Below, piece by piece: positions 29,513 through 39,770 of a DNA stretch of 64,000 nucleotides. Source of the stretch: Escherichia coli. Lineage in GTDB: Bacteria; Pseudomonadota; Gammaproteobacteria; Enterobacterales; Enterobacteriaceae. Numbering within the stretch: position 1 is the first letter of the stretch; every line of letters begins with the position of its first letter. The notes below the pieces were generated by a model. It made no database searches, was not told the DNA's origin, and was given only the letters and a program-made list of their open reading frames with translations. The DNA lies in the NCBI RefSeq assembly GCF_003019035.1, contig NZ_CP027447.1; one strand, 5' to 3'. Position numbers and translations under genes: made by a program.

Positions 29513-29953
29513 ATGAATTACATATATTCCGCGACTACAAACTCTTTCTATCCGCTGGAGATGAAAGAGGATTACACTCAAGCTGACTCATGGCCAGATG
29601 ATGCTGTTGAAGTTGATGAGCAAGTGTATATTGCGTTTTCCGGATTACCGCCGAAAGGAAAAATCCGTATCGCTGGAGAAAATGGTTTTCCTGCATGGTC
29701 TGAAATTCCACCGCCAACACATGAGGAACAGATTGCTGCAGCCGAACAGGAAAAGCAGCAACTGATTAATCAGGCCAACGATTATATGAACAGTAAACAA
29801 TGGCCTGGTAAAGCGGCTATTGGTCGTCTGAAAGGTGAGGAACTGGCGCAATATAATTTGTGGCTGGATTATCTGGACGCACTGGAACTGGTCGATACTT
29901 CCGGTGCGCCAGATATTGAATGGCCTACGCCTCCGGCAGTTCAGGCCAGATGA
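29513..29953 (+). CDS. Tail fibre assembly protein (Tfa)
   Basis: 146 aa; C-terminal ELVDTSGAPDIEWPTPP resembles the conserved Tfa C-terminus. Confidence 0.75.
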   Translation: MNYIYSATTNSFYPLEMKEDYTQADSWPDDAVEVDEQVYIAFSGLPPKGKIRIAGENGFPAWSEIPPPTHEEQIAAAEQEKQQLINQANDYMNSKQWPGKAAIGRLKGEELAQYNLWLDYLDALELVDTSGAPDIEWPTPPAVQAR

Positions 29954-30514
29954 CATCCGGCGCGGTGCTGGTATCTGTTGCCGTCACCGCGTCAATGTAA
30001 TCCAGCACGGCGTTTAGTCGGGTGGTTTCTGTTTGCGTCAGCTTCCGTCCGGCCTGCAATTTCAGTTGAATAAGACTAATGGACGCCATTGCAGCATTAA
30101 TCAGCGACTGGCGCTGTGTTTCTGCCGCTTCTACTGCAGCACCGTGCTGTGCCTCAGTATCTGTCACCCATTTTTCCCATCCATTTATCGTATGGCGTTA
30201 ACGGTGAAAGCGTGACATAACCGTCTTTGATGGCACCGATATAATCCACTGTAACGGCAGCGCCATTTTCGGTTGAGTAAACAGTCTCATGGCGATGGTC
30301 TTCTTCATGGTGCCATCCTTCCCGTAAATACTGCCACTTTCCCCGAAATGTTTTCGCCCGGGTCAATATAAGTGGAACAAGCGGGCATACTTACACCAGT
30401 ATTAATATATTCATCAGACCAACCCGTATATTCATACGTTACTGTATCATAATAAAAACAACGCATATCACCCGGTACTGTAGCCAGCCCATTTTCATCA
30501 AAAACAGGTTTCAT
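29925..30514 (-). pseudogene. Alternative tail fibre assembly gene (tfa') in the invertible segment, disrupted by two frameshifts
   Basis: Three overlapping minus-strand frames (30514..30305, 30366..30154, 30167..29925) carry the N-terminal (FDENG), middle (EDHRHETVY...YDKWMG) and C-terminal (TDTSTAPDVIWPELP) parts of a Tfa-like protein. Confidence 0.55.
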
Positions 30515-30722
30515 TATTTAGCCCTCACCAGAAAGTTAAATGCGATGTTACGTGGCCTGACGGCAATAAAATTCACACCATCACCCACTGAATTACTGGT
30601 GTAATGGTATCGAGAGAAACCCGGCTCGTGTGCTGATATTCCATCGTGATTAGCAATCGAATGGCCGGAGCCCTCTGGATAATTACCTCCAAATTGCGAT
30701 AAAGATGTTGCTGCCTGCCAGC

Positions 30723-30958
30723 TTAATAATGCTCGCCACTATCCACCCCGCACCCATCATCCCAGATACGAATGAAATCACCCCGTGCGTCAGGTAATAC
30801 CAGCGACGGAAACACTTTCGCCAGCACAGGGTAATCAGTGGCAGAAAATTTCGCTCCGTTGAACTTCAAAAACACCATACCGGACCAGCTGTTGATTACG
30901 GTATTTGGCATTGCAGCGGAGGGCCAGAAGAACGGAACTCCAATAGCCGGAGCACCTT
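30723..30958 (-). CDS. Alternative tail-fibre variable C-terminal segment (Sv'), possibly truncated
   Basis: Minus-strand frame whose N-terminus crosses the right crossover site with the same LGLGE junction residues as the plus-strand fibre gene; ends ~200 nt before tfa'. Confidence 0.45.
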
Positions 30959-30968
30959 CTCCCAAACC
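30949..30968. repeat. Invertase crossover site, right (inverted copy)
   Basis: CTTCTCCCAAACCAACGTTT, inverted repeat of the left site; ~70 bp upstream of pin. Confidence 0.7.
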
Positions 30969-31036
30969 AACGTTTATGAAAATGCAGAAATAACGAGCAA
31001 ATGGCATCATTCCTGCTTTTGTCAGGGAGATCTACC

Positions 31037-31591
31037 ATGCTTATTGGCTATGTACGTGTGTCAACAAATGACCAGAACACAGATCTACAACGTAATGCGC
31101 TGAACTGTGCAGGATGCGAGCTGATTTTTGAAGACAAGATAAGCGGTACAAAGTCCGAAAGGCCGGGACTGAAAAAACTGCTCAGGACATTATCGGCAGG
31201 TGACACTCTGGTTGTCTGGAAGCTGGATCGGCTAGGGCGTAGTATGCGGCATCTGGTCATTCTGGTTGAGGAGTTGCGCGAACGTGGCGTTAATTTTCGC
31301 AGCCTGACGGATGCTATTGATACCAGCACACCGATGGGGCGTTTTTTCTTTCATGTGATGGGTGCCCTGGCTGAAATGGAACGAGAACTGATTGTTGAAC
31401 GAACAAAAGCTGGACTGGAAGCTGCTCGCGCACAGGGACGAATTGGTGGACGTCGTCCCAAACTTACACCAGAACAATGGGCGCAGGCCGGGCGATTAAT
31501 TGCATCAGGCGTTCCTCGCCAGAAGGTGGCGATCATCTATGATGTTGGTATATCGACACTGTATAAGAAGTTTCCGGTCGGAGATAAATGA
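31037..31591 (+). CDS. pin: Site-specific DNA invertase Pin (serine recombinase, Hin/Gin/Pin family)
   Basis: ~184 aa from MLIGYVRVSTNDQ; near-identical in pattern to e14 Pin (catalytic Ser in YVRVST; C-terminal HTH). Confidence 0.9.
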   Translation: MLIGYVRVSTNDQNTDLQRNALNCAGCELIFEDKISGTKSERPGLKKLLRTLSAGDTLVVWKLDRLGRSMRHLVILVEELRERGVNFRSLTDAIDTSTPMGRFFFHVMGALAEMERELIVERTKAGLEAARAQGRIGGRRPKLTPEQWAQAGRLIASGVPRQKVAIIYDVGISTLYKKFPVGDK

Positions 31592-31629
31592 AACCGTAGC
31601 ACGTCGTATGCAAGATCGTGCTGCGGTTT
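31591..31629. repeat. Hairpin repeat copy A (AAACCGTAGCACG-n13-CGTGCTGCGGTTT)
   Basis: 13-bp inverted repeat with one mismatch, directly after the pin stop; core shared with copies at 32609..32720 and 37170..37270. Confidence 0.6.
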
Positions 31630-31648
31630 ATGCTTATCACTTAAAGAC

Positions 31649-32518
<870 letters not shown>

Positions 32519-32608
32519 CTAATCCTTTGAATTTACATAGTAAAAAAGATACTTTTCCTCATAGTGTGAGCTAATTTTATGTTTCGTTTGATGATCGGAC
32601 CGGTCTCA

Positions 32609-32720
32609 AAAACCGCAGGCACGTTGTATGCAAGAACGTGCTGTGGCTGGCTGGTGAACTTCCAATAGTGCGAATATTGAATGATTTCTATCTGTTATAG
32701 ATTTTACCGTATTTCGGCAT
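32609..32720. repeat. Repeat copy B (~110 bp) of a dispersed element
   Basis: Shares the core CCGCAGGCACGTTGTATGCAAGAACGTGCTG and the downstream GGCTGGTGAACTTCCAATAGTGCGAATATTGAATGATTTC with copy C (~70% identity by eye). Confidence 0.55.
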
Positions 32721-32981
32721 GAATGAAACTGAATATCCTCCCACCGATTCTCCATGACTTTACGCCACTGTCTCTAGGGCTGCTATGTGCCAGAGGCGGA
32801 CGTTGTTAAAATAGAAAATATCCCAACCTTGTATGAGTCGTGCAATAATTTCGAACTTTATACAAAGCTTTGGTTGTAAAGGTGTATAACCACAAGTGAC
32901 ATTAATCACATTTGTAAAGGCAAAATGCAACAAACTGAATTAGTTAATTGCGTAAATTTGAAGTTATGTTAAGGTGGTGAT

Positions 32982-33114
32982 GGTTTATGGGCAGATTTTG
33001 GGTCGCGTTTCGCGATCAGTGAAAAAAATGTCCGATAGGATTGCCTTTCAGGATCTCATGTTCCTCGCATTTCTTAAGGTTCTTGTCAAGTTTGCGTAAG
33101 AGTGCCCATAAACC
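32982..33114 (+). ncRNA. Candidate retron msr/msd non-coding RNA flanked by inverted repeats a1/a2
   Basis: 12-bp perfect inverted repeats GGTTTATGGGCA (32982..32993) and TGCCCATAAACC (33103..33114) bracket 109 nt; a G follows a1; small hairpin TCGCG-TTT-CGCGA at 33003..33015; ends 20 bp before the RT start. Confidence 0.4.
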
Positions 33115-33133
33115 CTTTTAGAGGCGATCTAAA

Positions 33134-34969
33134 GTGAAACGACTACAATCATTAAAAGAAGCAAAAACAAAACCAGACTTGGCTAAGCTATTAGGAATCA
33201 AACCTTCAGCGTTAACATACTGCCTATATGTATTAAAACCTGAAAATCAATACACACAGTTTAAGATACCAAAAAAAAATGGCGGCGAACGGATAATAAG
33301 TGCACCTAACGGAATATTAAAGACGATACAGTCATCCTTATCAAGACTGCTTCTAGATTGCTTAGACGAAATAGTTTGCATTAAGTTTCCAGACTCAGAG
33401 TTAGCAAGGCAGAAAGCAAAAAACTCAAAAATATTAAAGTTAAAATGTTCCAACTCAGAAATCAAACAACCCTCACTGTCTCATGGATTTGAAAGAAAGC
33501 GTTCAATTATTACAAATGCAATGATGCACTTGGGGAAAAAATATGTTTTTAATATAGACTTGGATAATTTTTTCGGCAGTTTTAACTTTGGTAGAGTCCG
33601 AGGTTTTTTCATAAAAAATAGAAACTTTGCACTCGATCCGGAAATCGCAACTGTAATTGCTAAAATTGCGTGCTACAACAATGAACTACCCCAAGGCAGC
33701 CCATGCTCCCCAGTAATCACTAATCTAATCACTCACTCGTTAGACATTAAACTGGCAGCGATTGCATCAAGAAACTCATCCACTTTTACAAGATATGCTG
33801 ATGATATTACATTCTCTACGAGGAAGGGGGAGTTTCCTTCTGCTATAGCAAAAAATCAAAATGGTAAATATATCGTTAGTAAGAAAATTAGGGGCGAGAT
33901 AACTCGCTCAGGTTTTATAATTAATGATGGGAAGACAAGAAATCAGTATAAAGACTCGAGGCAAGATGTAACAGGCTTAGTGGTTAATAAAAAGCCAAAC
34001 ACGAAAAAAGAATATTGGAGGCTTGTGCGTGCGCAATGTGACCATTTATTTAAACATGGTGAGTTCTTAGAGGTGATTGACGGCAAGGAAATAAAGGGGA
34101 ATGTTAATACCCTTGCAGGCAAACTTAACTTCATAGACCAAGTTGACCACTATAATAGATTGCGTCAAGGCGAAAAATTAAATCCAAAATATCACTTAAA
34201 AAAAGATGCCAATAAAAATGGCCATGCCAAAAAAAGGCGTTACTTACATAGTTCTAGAGAAAAAACGTTTAGTGAGTTTCTCTTCTATCGTTTATTTTAT
34301 GGCAATGAATTACCAACAATTCTTACGGAAGGTAAAACTGACAATATTTATCTGAAGGCAGCAATACATAAGTTAGCCTCATCATTCCCTAATTTGGCGG
34401 TCGCTGAAAGTCCAGGGCTCTCTTATAAGCCACGGACTAAATTTGTTAACTACAATGAGCGGACAAAATATTTACTTGAACTTTATGGTGGTGCTGATTA
34501 TTTAAAGGATTTTGTTATTCATTATAAACAACACTTTAATCGTTATAAGGCTCCCAAACCATCTAATCCAGTAATTATACTTGTTGATAATGATAGCGGA
34601 CCAAAAGATCTGATTAATTACGTTAGTAAAGTTGATAATATTGGTATTTTCCCCACAGGTGTTCCAGATATCCGCGCCTCTGAGTTTGTACATATTTTTT
34701 GTAATCTTTATTTAGTGCTTACCCCTCAAGTTAAGGGATATACAGGAACTGATATAGAGCATTTTTTTAAAGATGCAGATCGACTTAGACCACATAAAGG
34801 TAAGTTTTTCAATACAGTCTCTAAGCGTGATCATGATAATGATTTGAGCAAGGAATCTTTCGCAACTCATATTGTTCATGCCCACAAGCATGAAATTGAT
34901 TTTAGTGGATTTACAAGCCTGTTAGAACGGTTAGTAAAAGTCATAAATCACTTTGACACTGTTAAGTAA
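33134..34969 (+). CDS. Retron-type reverse transcriptase fused to a C-terminal Toprim-like domain
   Basis: 611 aa (GTG start). RT motifs: IPKKNGGER, NAMMH (retron NAxxH), FNIDLDNFF (A), LPQGSPCSPVITNL (B), YADD (C), VTGLVVN (retron VTG); core resembles retron Ec86 RT as recalled. C-terminus carries acidic motifs ILTEGKTD and IILVDND. Confidence 0.8.
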   Translation: MKRLQSLKEAKTKPDLAKLLGIKPSALTYCLYVLKPENQYTQFKIPKKNGGERIISAPNGILKTIQSSLSRLLLDCLDEIVCIKFPDSELARQKAKNSKILKLKCSNSEIKQPSLSHGFERKRSIITNAMMHLGKKYVFNIDLDNFFGSFNFGRVRGFFIKNRNFALDPEIATVIAKIACYNNELPQGSPCSPVITNLITHSLDIKLAAIASRNSSTFTRYADDITFSTRKGEFPSAIAKNQNGKYIVSKKIRGEITRSGFIINDGKTRNQYKDSRQDVTGLVVNKKPNTKKEYWRLVRAQCDHLFKHGEFLEVIDGKEIKGNVNTLAGKLNFIDQVDHYNRLRQGEKLNPKYHLKKDANKNGHAKKRRYLHSSREKTFSEFLFYRLFYGNELPTILTEGKTDNIYLKAAIHKLASSFPNLAVAESPGLSYKPRTKFVNYNERTKYLLELYGGADYLKDFVIHYKQHFNRYKAPKPSNPVIILVDNDSGPKDLINYVSKVDNIGIFPTGVPDIRASEFVHIFCNLYLVLTPQVKGYTGTDIEHFFKDADRLRPHKGKFFNTVSKRDHDNDLSKESFATHIVHAHKHEIDFSGFTSLLERLVKVINHFDTVK

Positions 34970-35298
34970 TATTATGATGCGCACTGATTATTCCTTATTC
35001 AGCTAAAATTTCTACTGTAGTCCCAACTTCCGTTCCTCGCTCATAACAGACATTCACTACAGTTATGGTAGAAGGTATGCATGCTGGGTGGGGAAAGTAT
35101 GAAGGAAAAGAAGACTGCTGCGCCGTTTGTTGTCACATTTATCTTCATTGGCTATGCAAGTCGTAATACAAGGTGGGACAAAACTGAGACACATAAGGCC
35201 TCGCAATGACTTGCAAGGCTTTACATGTTTTGATGTGGTGGGACGTGTGAGCGCAGTGTTGATGGGGTAATGCTTTGAATTAGAAGCGGATTCTTATA

Positions 35299-35343
35299 AT
35301 TCGTAATGCGAAGGTCGTAGGTTCGACTCCTATTATCGGCACC
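35299..35343 (+). other. Partial tRNA-Thr 3' end (thrW-like pseudo-tRNA), prophage attR core
   Basis: ATTCGTAATGCGAAGGTCGTAGGTTCGACTCCTATTATCGGCACCA matches the anticodon-stem-to-CCA portion of E. coli tRNA-Thr(CGU) as recalled; no matching 5' acceptor strand upstream. Confidence 0.75.
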
Positions 35344-35941
35344 ATTTAAATCAATAAGTTATCTCACATTTAAGTAAACTACGTTCTCCTCTTGTGCCTT
35401 TGATTTTGCTCGCGTGCGCGGTGAAATGCCTGACTGAAAGGTGAGCATATCGACGAACCATTTCGAGAGTTTCCCATCTGCTCATTTTTAAGTGCAAGCA
35501 GGAAAACACCGGACTAAACCAATCAGCTGTTCGAAAATGGCAAGCGGATTAATATGCCATGGCGGGGCAGCTTTGAGCCGCACGCATGGGGTGTGGCAAG
35601 CCTGATGGATTTTGCTGTGCCTGTGGTGGCGTGTTTGCTGGTTTGGCTGTTGGTTAAACGCGAAAGTCATAATGCCAGGGGAATACCGCAGGGTGTTCAG
35701 GTTTTGCATAAAAAAGCCCACCATTAAGGTGGGCAAAAGGAATGATTTATATTCTCTGAGAGAAACATTACATTTCTCCTTGTCACTTCTAACATAAAAA
35801 TATGGAGAAATAATGGAGCTTATATTAATTGGCGATTAGGTAACCATGTGGTTATACAAAACAATACAGTTCTTTACATTTGCCTTGTTTTATGAATACT
35901 CCTGAAGAGGTGTACAACATAATTAAACAAACAGGGTAAAT

Positions 35942-36556
35942 ATGAATATATTTGAACAAACTCCACCGAACCGCAGACGTTATGGTCTTGCTGCATTCAT
36001 TGGGCTGATTGCTGGCGTTGTTTCCGCATTTGTGAAGTGGGGGGCTGAAGTTCCATTGCCGCCACGTAGCCCGGTGGATATGTTTAATGCAGCGTGTGGT
36101 CCGGAATCATTAATCAGGGCTGCTGGGCAAATTGATTGCTCCCGTAATTTTCTCAATCCTCCGTATATTTTTCTTCGAGACTGGCTGGGGCTGACAGATC
36201 CCAATGCGGCTGTTTATACCTTTGCCGGGCATGTCTTTAACTGGGTTGGTGTTACGCACATTATCTTTTCGATAGTGTTTGCTGTCGGTTATTGTGTGGT
36301 CGCTGAAGTATTTCCAAAAATTAAACTCTGGCAGGGCTTACTGGCAGGTGCTTTAGCCCAACTTTTTGTTCATATGATTTCATTCCCTCTCATGGGACTG
36401 ACGCCACCTCTGTTTGATCTCCCGTGGTATGAGAATGTTTCTGAAATTTTTGGACATTTAGTCTGGTTCTGGTCCATTGAAATTATTCGCAGAGATTTAC
36501 GAAACAGAATTACTCATGAGCCAGACCCTGAGATCCCTTTAGGCTCAAACAGATAA
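35942..36556 (+). CDS. yagU: Inner membrane protein YagU (DUF1440)
   Basis: 204 aa, multi-helix membrane protein; recognised as the E. coli YagU sequence. Confidence 0.85.
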
Positions 36557-36805
36557 TGCATTGAATGATAAAAATGGCGCAAATACAGCGCCATTTTTAT
36601 AGGTTAAAAACATTGTTTTTAACTTTCTGATGGCAGATAGCCAGTGAGTACATCGCGCTACTTCAGGATGCTGTAGATCCGGAGAACACTATAGAGGAAG
36701 AGGCATTGTTGCTGGCAGATGGAAGAAGTTTCGGGTTTTGTTATCCCTGAAAAACGAAGCCCCGCGATTATAGCTGGCGGGGCAGTGCAATTAATTATTG
36801 CATAT

Positions 36806-37135
36806 TTATAACGGTGTCAGCCCGTATTTAGCTCTTGCACGATTGCAAGCCTCATTGACGACTCCGTTCTCACCAGACATGGCGAATTCTCTGCACGTGG
36901 AAGATCGATTTTTATATATCGTGCAGCAGGCATTTTTGCCCGGTGTTCCTGCAAGGGCAATACATCGGGGGTTTTTCTGATTGGTACCGCTCATGCATCG
37001 GTGAAAAGGGGATATTTGTTCAGTGAGCCTGGCGGGAATGGTACCGCCAGCATCGTCGGCTTCGGCCCAGTAAAAAGAGACGCGGAAAAATGCACAACAG
37101 GCACCACACGTCATGCATGGATTCAGATTGCTCAT
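36806..37135 (-). CDS. ykgJ: Cys-rich ferredoxin-like protein YkgJ
   Basis: 109 aa with CxxCxxCC and further Cys clusters; conserved neighbour of yagU and the ecp operon. Confidence 0.8.
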
Positions 37136-37169
37136 AATTCACCAGTACAGCTATAAATCGTAAAGAGAA

Positions 37170-37270
37170 CTGCGGTACGTCGTATGCAGGGACGTATCGC
37201 GGTTGGCTGGTGTACTTTCGATAGTGTGAGTATTGAATGATTTCCAGCCGTTACCGATTTTACGTCCTAA
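37170..37270. repeat. Repeat copy C (~100 bp) of the dispersed element, in the chromosome
   Basis: Aligns with copy B across the hairpin core and the ...TATTGAATGATTTC... tail; lies 35-135 bp upstream of the ykgJ start. Confidence 0.55.
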
Positions 37271-37447
37271 TTAGTGAAGAAACCACTCGTTAGCAGGCCG
37301 CCTGGTACCTTTCCGTGTCTCCTGAACACTATGGTGTACATATGAGAAAGCTCATCGTTACAGGTGACATTGACGATCGCTTCCACATCATTTAAACGAT
37401 TTTTGAGTCTCTGAGGTGGAATTCTTCCCTCGTCCGATGGATAAGTC

Positions 37448-38158
37448 TTAGTCCGCCGAAGGGGGCTTAGCAGGACAGGAATCGCTAATCTTAATGAATT
37501 TGTCGTTATAGACCAGATAATGATTCCCCGGCTGACGTAACTCAGGCTGATGAACCACGTCTCCCGGACGTAGATACCAGGCGTCGCCTTCCTCTTCGGT
37601 CGAATCACATCCTGGTTTAATCAGTAGCTTAAACCACGTGTTGCCGGTGTTACTTACCGTTCCTGTCACCTGGTCGAAGGACCATTTAAACTGAACCTGA
37701 CGTGGTCGTACTACCAGAATGGTATCCATCACCACCACCGGCTCCGTGCTGACCTCACCGCCGGTTGGGCTGCGTTTTGTCAGGTTACGAGTGGGGACCT
37801 CGCGAAATGAGACCCGGTAGTAGCGCTCGCGGTTATCCCGTGGACCATGATAGTAAAATTTAAAATACTCGCTCTCACCAGCCTGCAACGCCAGCTGGCG
37901 GGGGGCGAAAAGCAGTTCACCATCCACCGGTCGGGTGCGCAATTCACTGCTGCCCGGGCTATCAATAGCACTGATGGCAATACGGTATATCCGTGCGCTT
38001 TTGTTGTTATTCACTACACGTTTGCTGACAAAGTCAGTCTCGGACGGCAGCGAAAATGTCAGATTGCCGACCGAAATCGCCTGTGTCAAAGGTGCCGACA
38101 GCATACAGACCGCTGTCAGCAGGGCCTTAGTTAATGTTACGCCACGTCGCCTGAACAT
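37448..38158 (-). CDS. ecpE: E. coli common pilus chaperone EcpE
   Basis: ~236 aa from MFRRRGV; signal peptide; last gene of the ecp operon. Confidence 0.85.
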   Translation of the reverse strand: MFRRRGVTLTKALLTAVCMLSAPLTQAISVGNLTFSLPSETDFVSKRVVNNNKSARIYRIAISAIDSPGSSELRTRPVDGELLFAPRQLALQAGESEYFKFYYHGPRDNRERYYRVSFREVPTRNLTKRSPTGGEVSTEPVVVMDTILVVRPRQVQFKWSFDQVTGTVSNTGNTWFKLLIKPGCDSTEEEGDAWYLRPGDVVHQPELRQPGNHYLVYNDKFIKISDSCPAKPPSAD

Positions 38159-39770
38159 GAATTTCTCCTGAAGCGCTGACTTCGCCAAACCAGCCGTTAT
38201 CATCTACCGTACGCAGCGAAATGGCGTTATCCATTGGAATCGAAAATTTGACTGTGGTCTTATCCATCTGCCCCACTTCGCCAGAGATATCAGTCCACGG
38301 TGTAGTCAGCCACAGCGCATCGGTCATATCCCGCCAGCTATCATCGCACCCGGCATCGTAGGTTTTTGTAGCTCCGTTGCGGGTAATAAAGGAAAGCGTC
38401 GCCGGGAACGGTACTTTCGCCTTACCGTCATCGGAGCTGAGGACACAATAGGAGCGTCCGCCAATCACCTGCGCGGGTCCGGTCACCTTGATCAGCACTT
38501 CGTCGGCAGCTGTTTTACCGCTGGTGGTTACGATATAGCCGAAATCGAGTGCCGACTCGCCGCTGCCAACATATCCCTCCCGCGACGGTGTCTGAGTATA
38601 TTCATCGGAGATAATACTGATGCTGAAATCACGGGGTTTGATAATCAGCGTGTTGGAGGTAGAAAATTCATACCAGCCAGACTCCGGTGATGTGGTGTTC
38701 TGAAAGCGAAAGTTGAACAGATCTTTGGTGTTGATATCGCTGATCCCAAGGTTCACCATTTGCTTAAAGAAGTTGCTCGAGAAGAAAACATAGATCGAGT
38801 CTGCGCTCTTCATCTCGTTGAAGGTGTAGTAATAGGCGGTATTGCTCACCGGTTTCCATGAACTGCCATTCAGACTGAACTGCATATCGTACGCCCCGAC
38901 GGCCGAGGCTAACGACGAGTTGGCGATCGCCGGGAAGATATGGATTGAGGTGTTGCTGAGCCCGTTTGTTTGCAGGGTATAGTTAACCATCTTACAACTT
39001 AATCCTGAACGGCTGCCGATGGTTTGCGTCCGGCAGTCGGCGTTCCCTTCGCCCAGAGTCGGAACTCCGTCGCTGTTGATAAATACTTCCGCCAGCGAGT
39101 GGGTATTTATCAACCGCAGATTTGCTGCTTTCGTATGGGTGACGTTGCGAACATACCAGTTGCCGGAGGCCTGATCCTTACAGCGTGCGCCGCTGCTGGC
39201 ATCATAGTTCACAGAGGTCTGGCAGGCATTGATGGTCATTGTAAAGCTGCTGCCGACGGGCATTTGTTGCAGATACTGGTAAAACGCGTCTGACAACATG
39301 CCGTGCATCCACTTCGCGCCGCCGCTGGTCACCGTCGCGCCATAAAATCCACTGGCGTCGGTGGTTTGCGGCAGGATAAGACTGGTGGTCATATTACACC
39401 CAGCGTACCAGTTGATGCAGCGCAAGCCAGTTAAAGGAGATGAAACTGGTGAATTTTCCAGCCACATATCAAACTTCCAGTTGGTATAAAGGCCGGTGTT
39501 GTAACCGTTATCAATGTAGCCGAGGCTTTGCTGATAGATGGTTCCTGAACCATTGTATTTTAAACCGGTCCAGCGGTTGGCACCGGTCAGGCGCGGATCC
39601 AGCGCCCCGCCAGGAGTGACGAAAAAGTTGTCGTCTGAGTTGTTTTCGACAAACACAAACTCGCGTGCCGGAGCATCCGCCCAGGTTGTTTTGCTCACTG
39701 CCGCTCTGAGCGCGGTTGCAGGCCAGATTAGCGCAAAGATTATCATCGCTATCAGTAGGTTAACTCTCAT
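38127..39770 (-). CDS. ecpD: E. coli common pilus tip adhesin EcpD
   Basis: 547 aa with signal peptide; operon position. Confidence 0.9.
   Translation of the reverse strand: MRVNLLIAMIIFALIWPATALRAAVSKTTWADAPAREFVFVENNSDDNFFVTPGGALDPRLTGANRWTGLKYNGSGTIYQQSLGYIDNGYNTGLYTNWKFDMWLENSPVSSPLTGLRCINWYAGCNMTTSLILPQTTDASGFYGATVTSGGAKWMHGMLSDAFYQYLQQMPVGSSFTMTINACQTSVNYDASSGARCKDQASGNWYVRNVTHTKAANLRLINTHSLAEVFINSDGVPTLGEGNADCRTQTIGSRSGLSCKMVNYTLQTNGLSNTSIHIFPAIANSSLASAVGAYDMQFSLNGSSWKPVSNTAYYYTFNEMKSADSIYVFFSSNFFKQMVNLGISDINTKDLFNFRFQNTTSPESGWYEFSTSNTLIIKPRDFSISIISDEYTQTPSREGYVGSGESALDFGYIVTTSGKTAADEVLIKVTGPAQVIGGRSYCVLSSDDGKAKVPFPATLSFITRNGATKTYDAGCDDSWRDMTDALWLTTPWTDISGEVGQMDKTTVKFSIPMDNAISLRTVDDNGWFGEVSASGEIHVQATWRNIN

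Noticed and set aside
35268-35343. A complete tRNA-Thr gene
   Set aside because: Only the 3' 45 nt match; the upstream sequence lacks the complementary 5' acceptor strand (expected GCCGATA) and D-arm.
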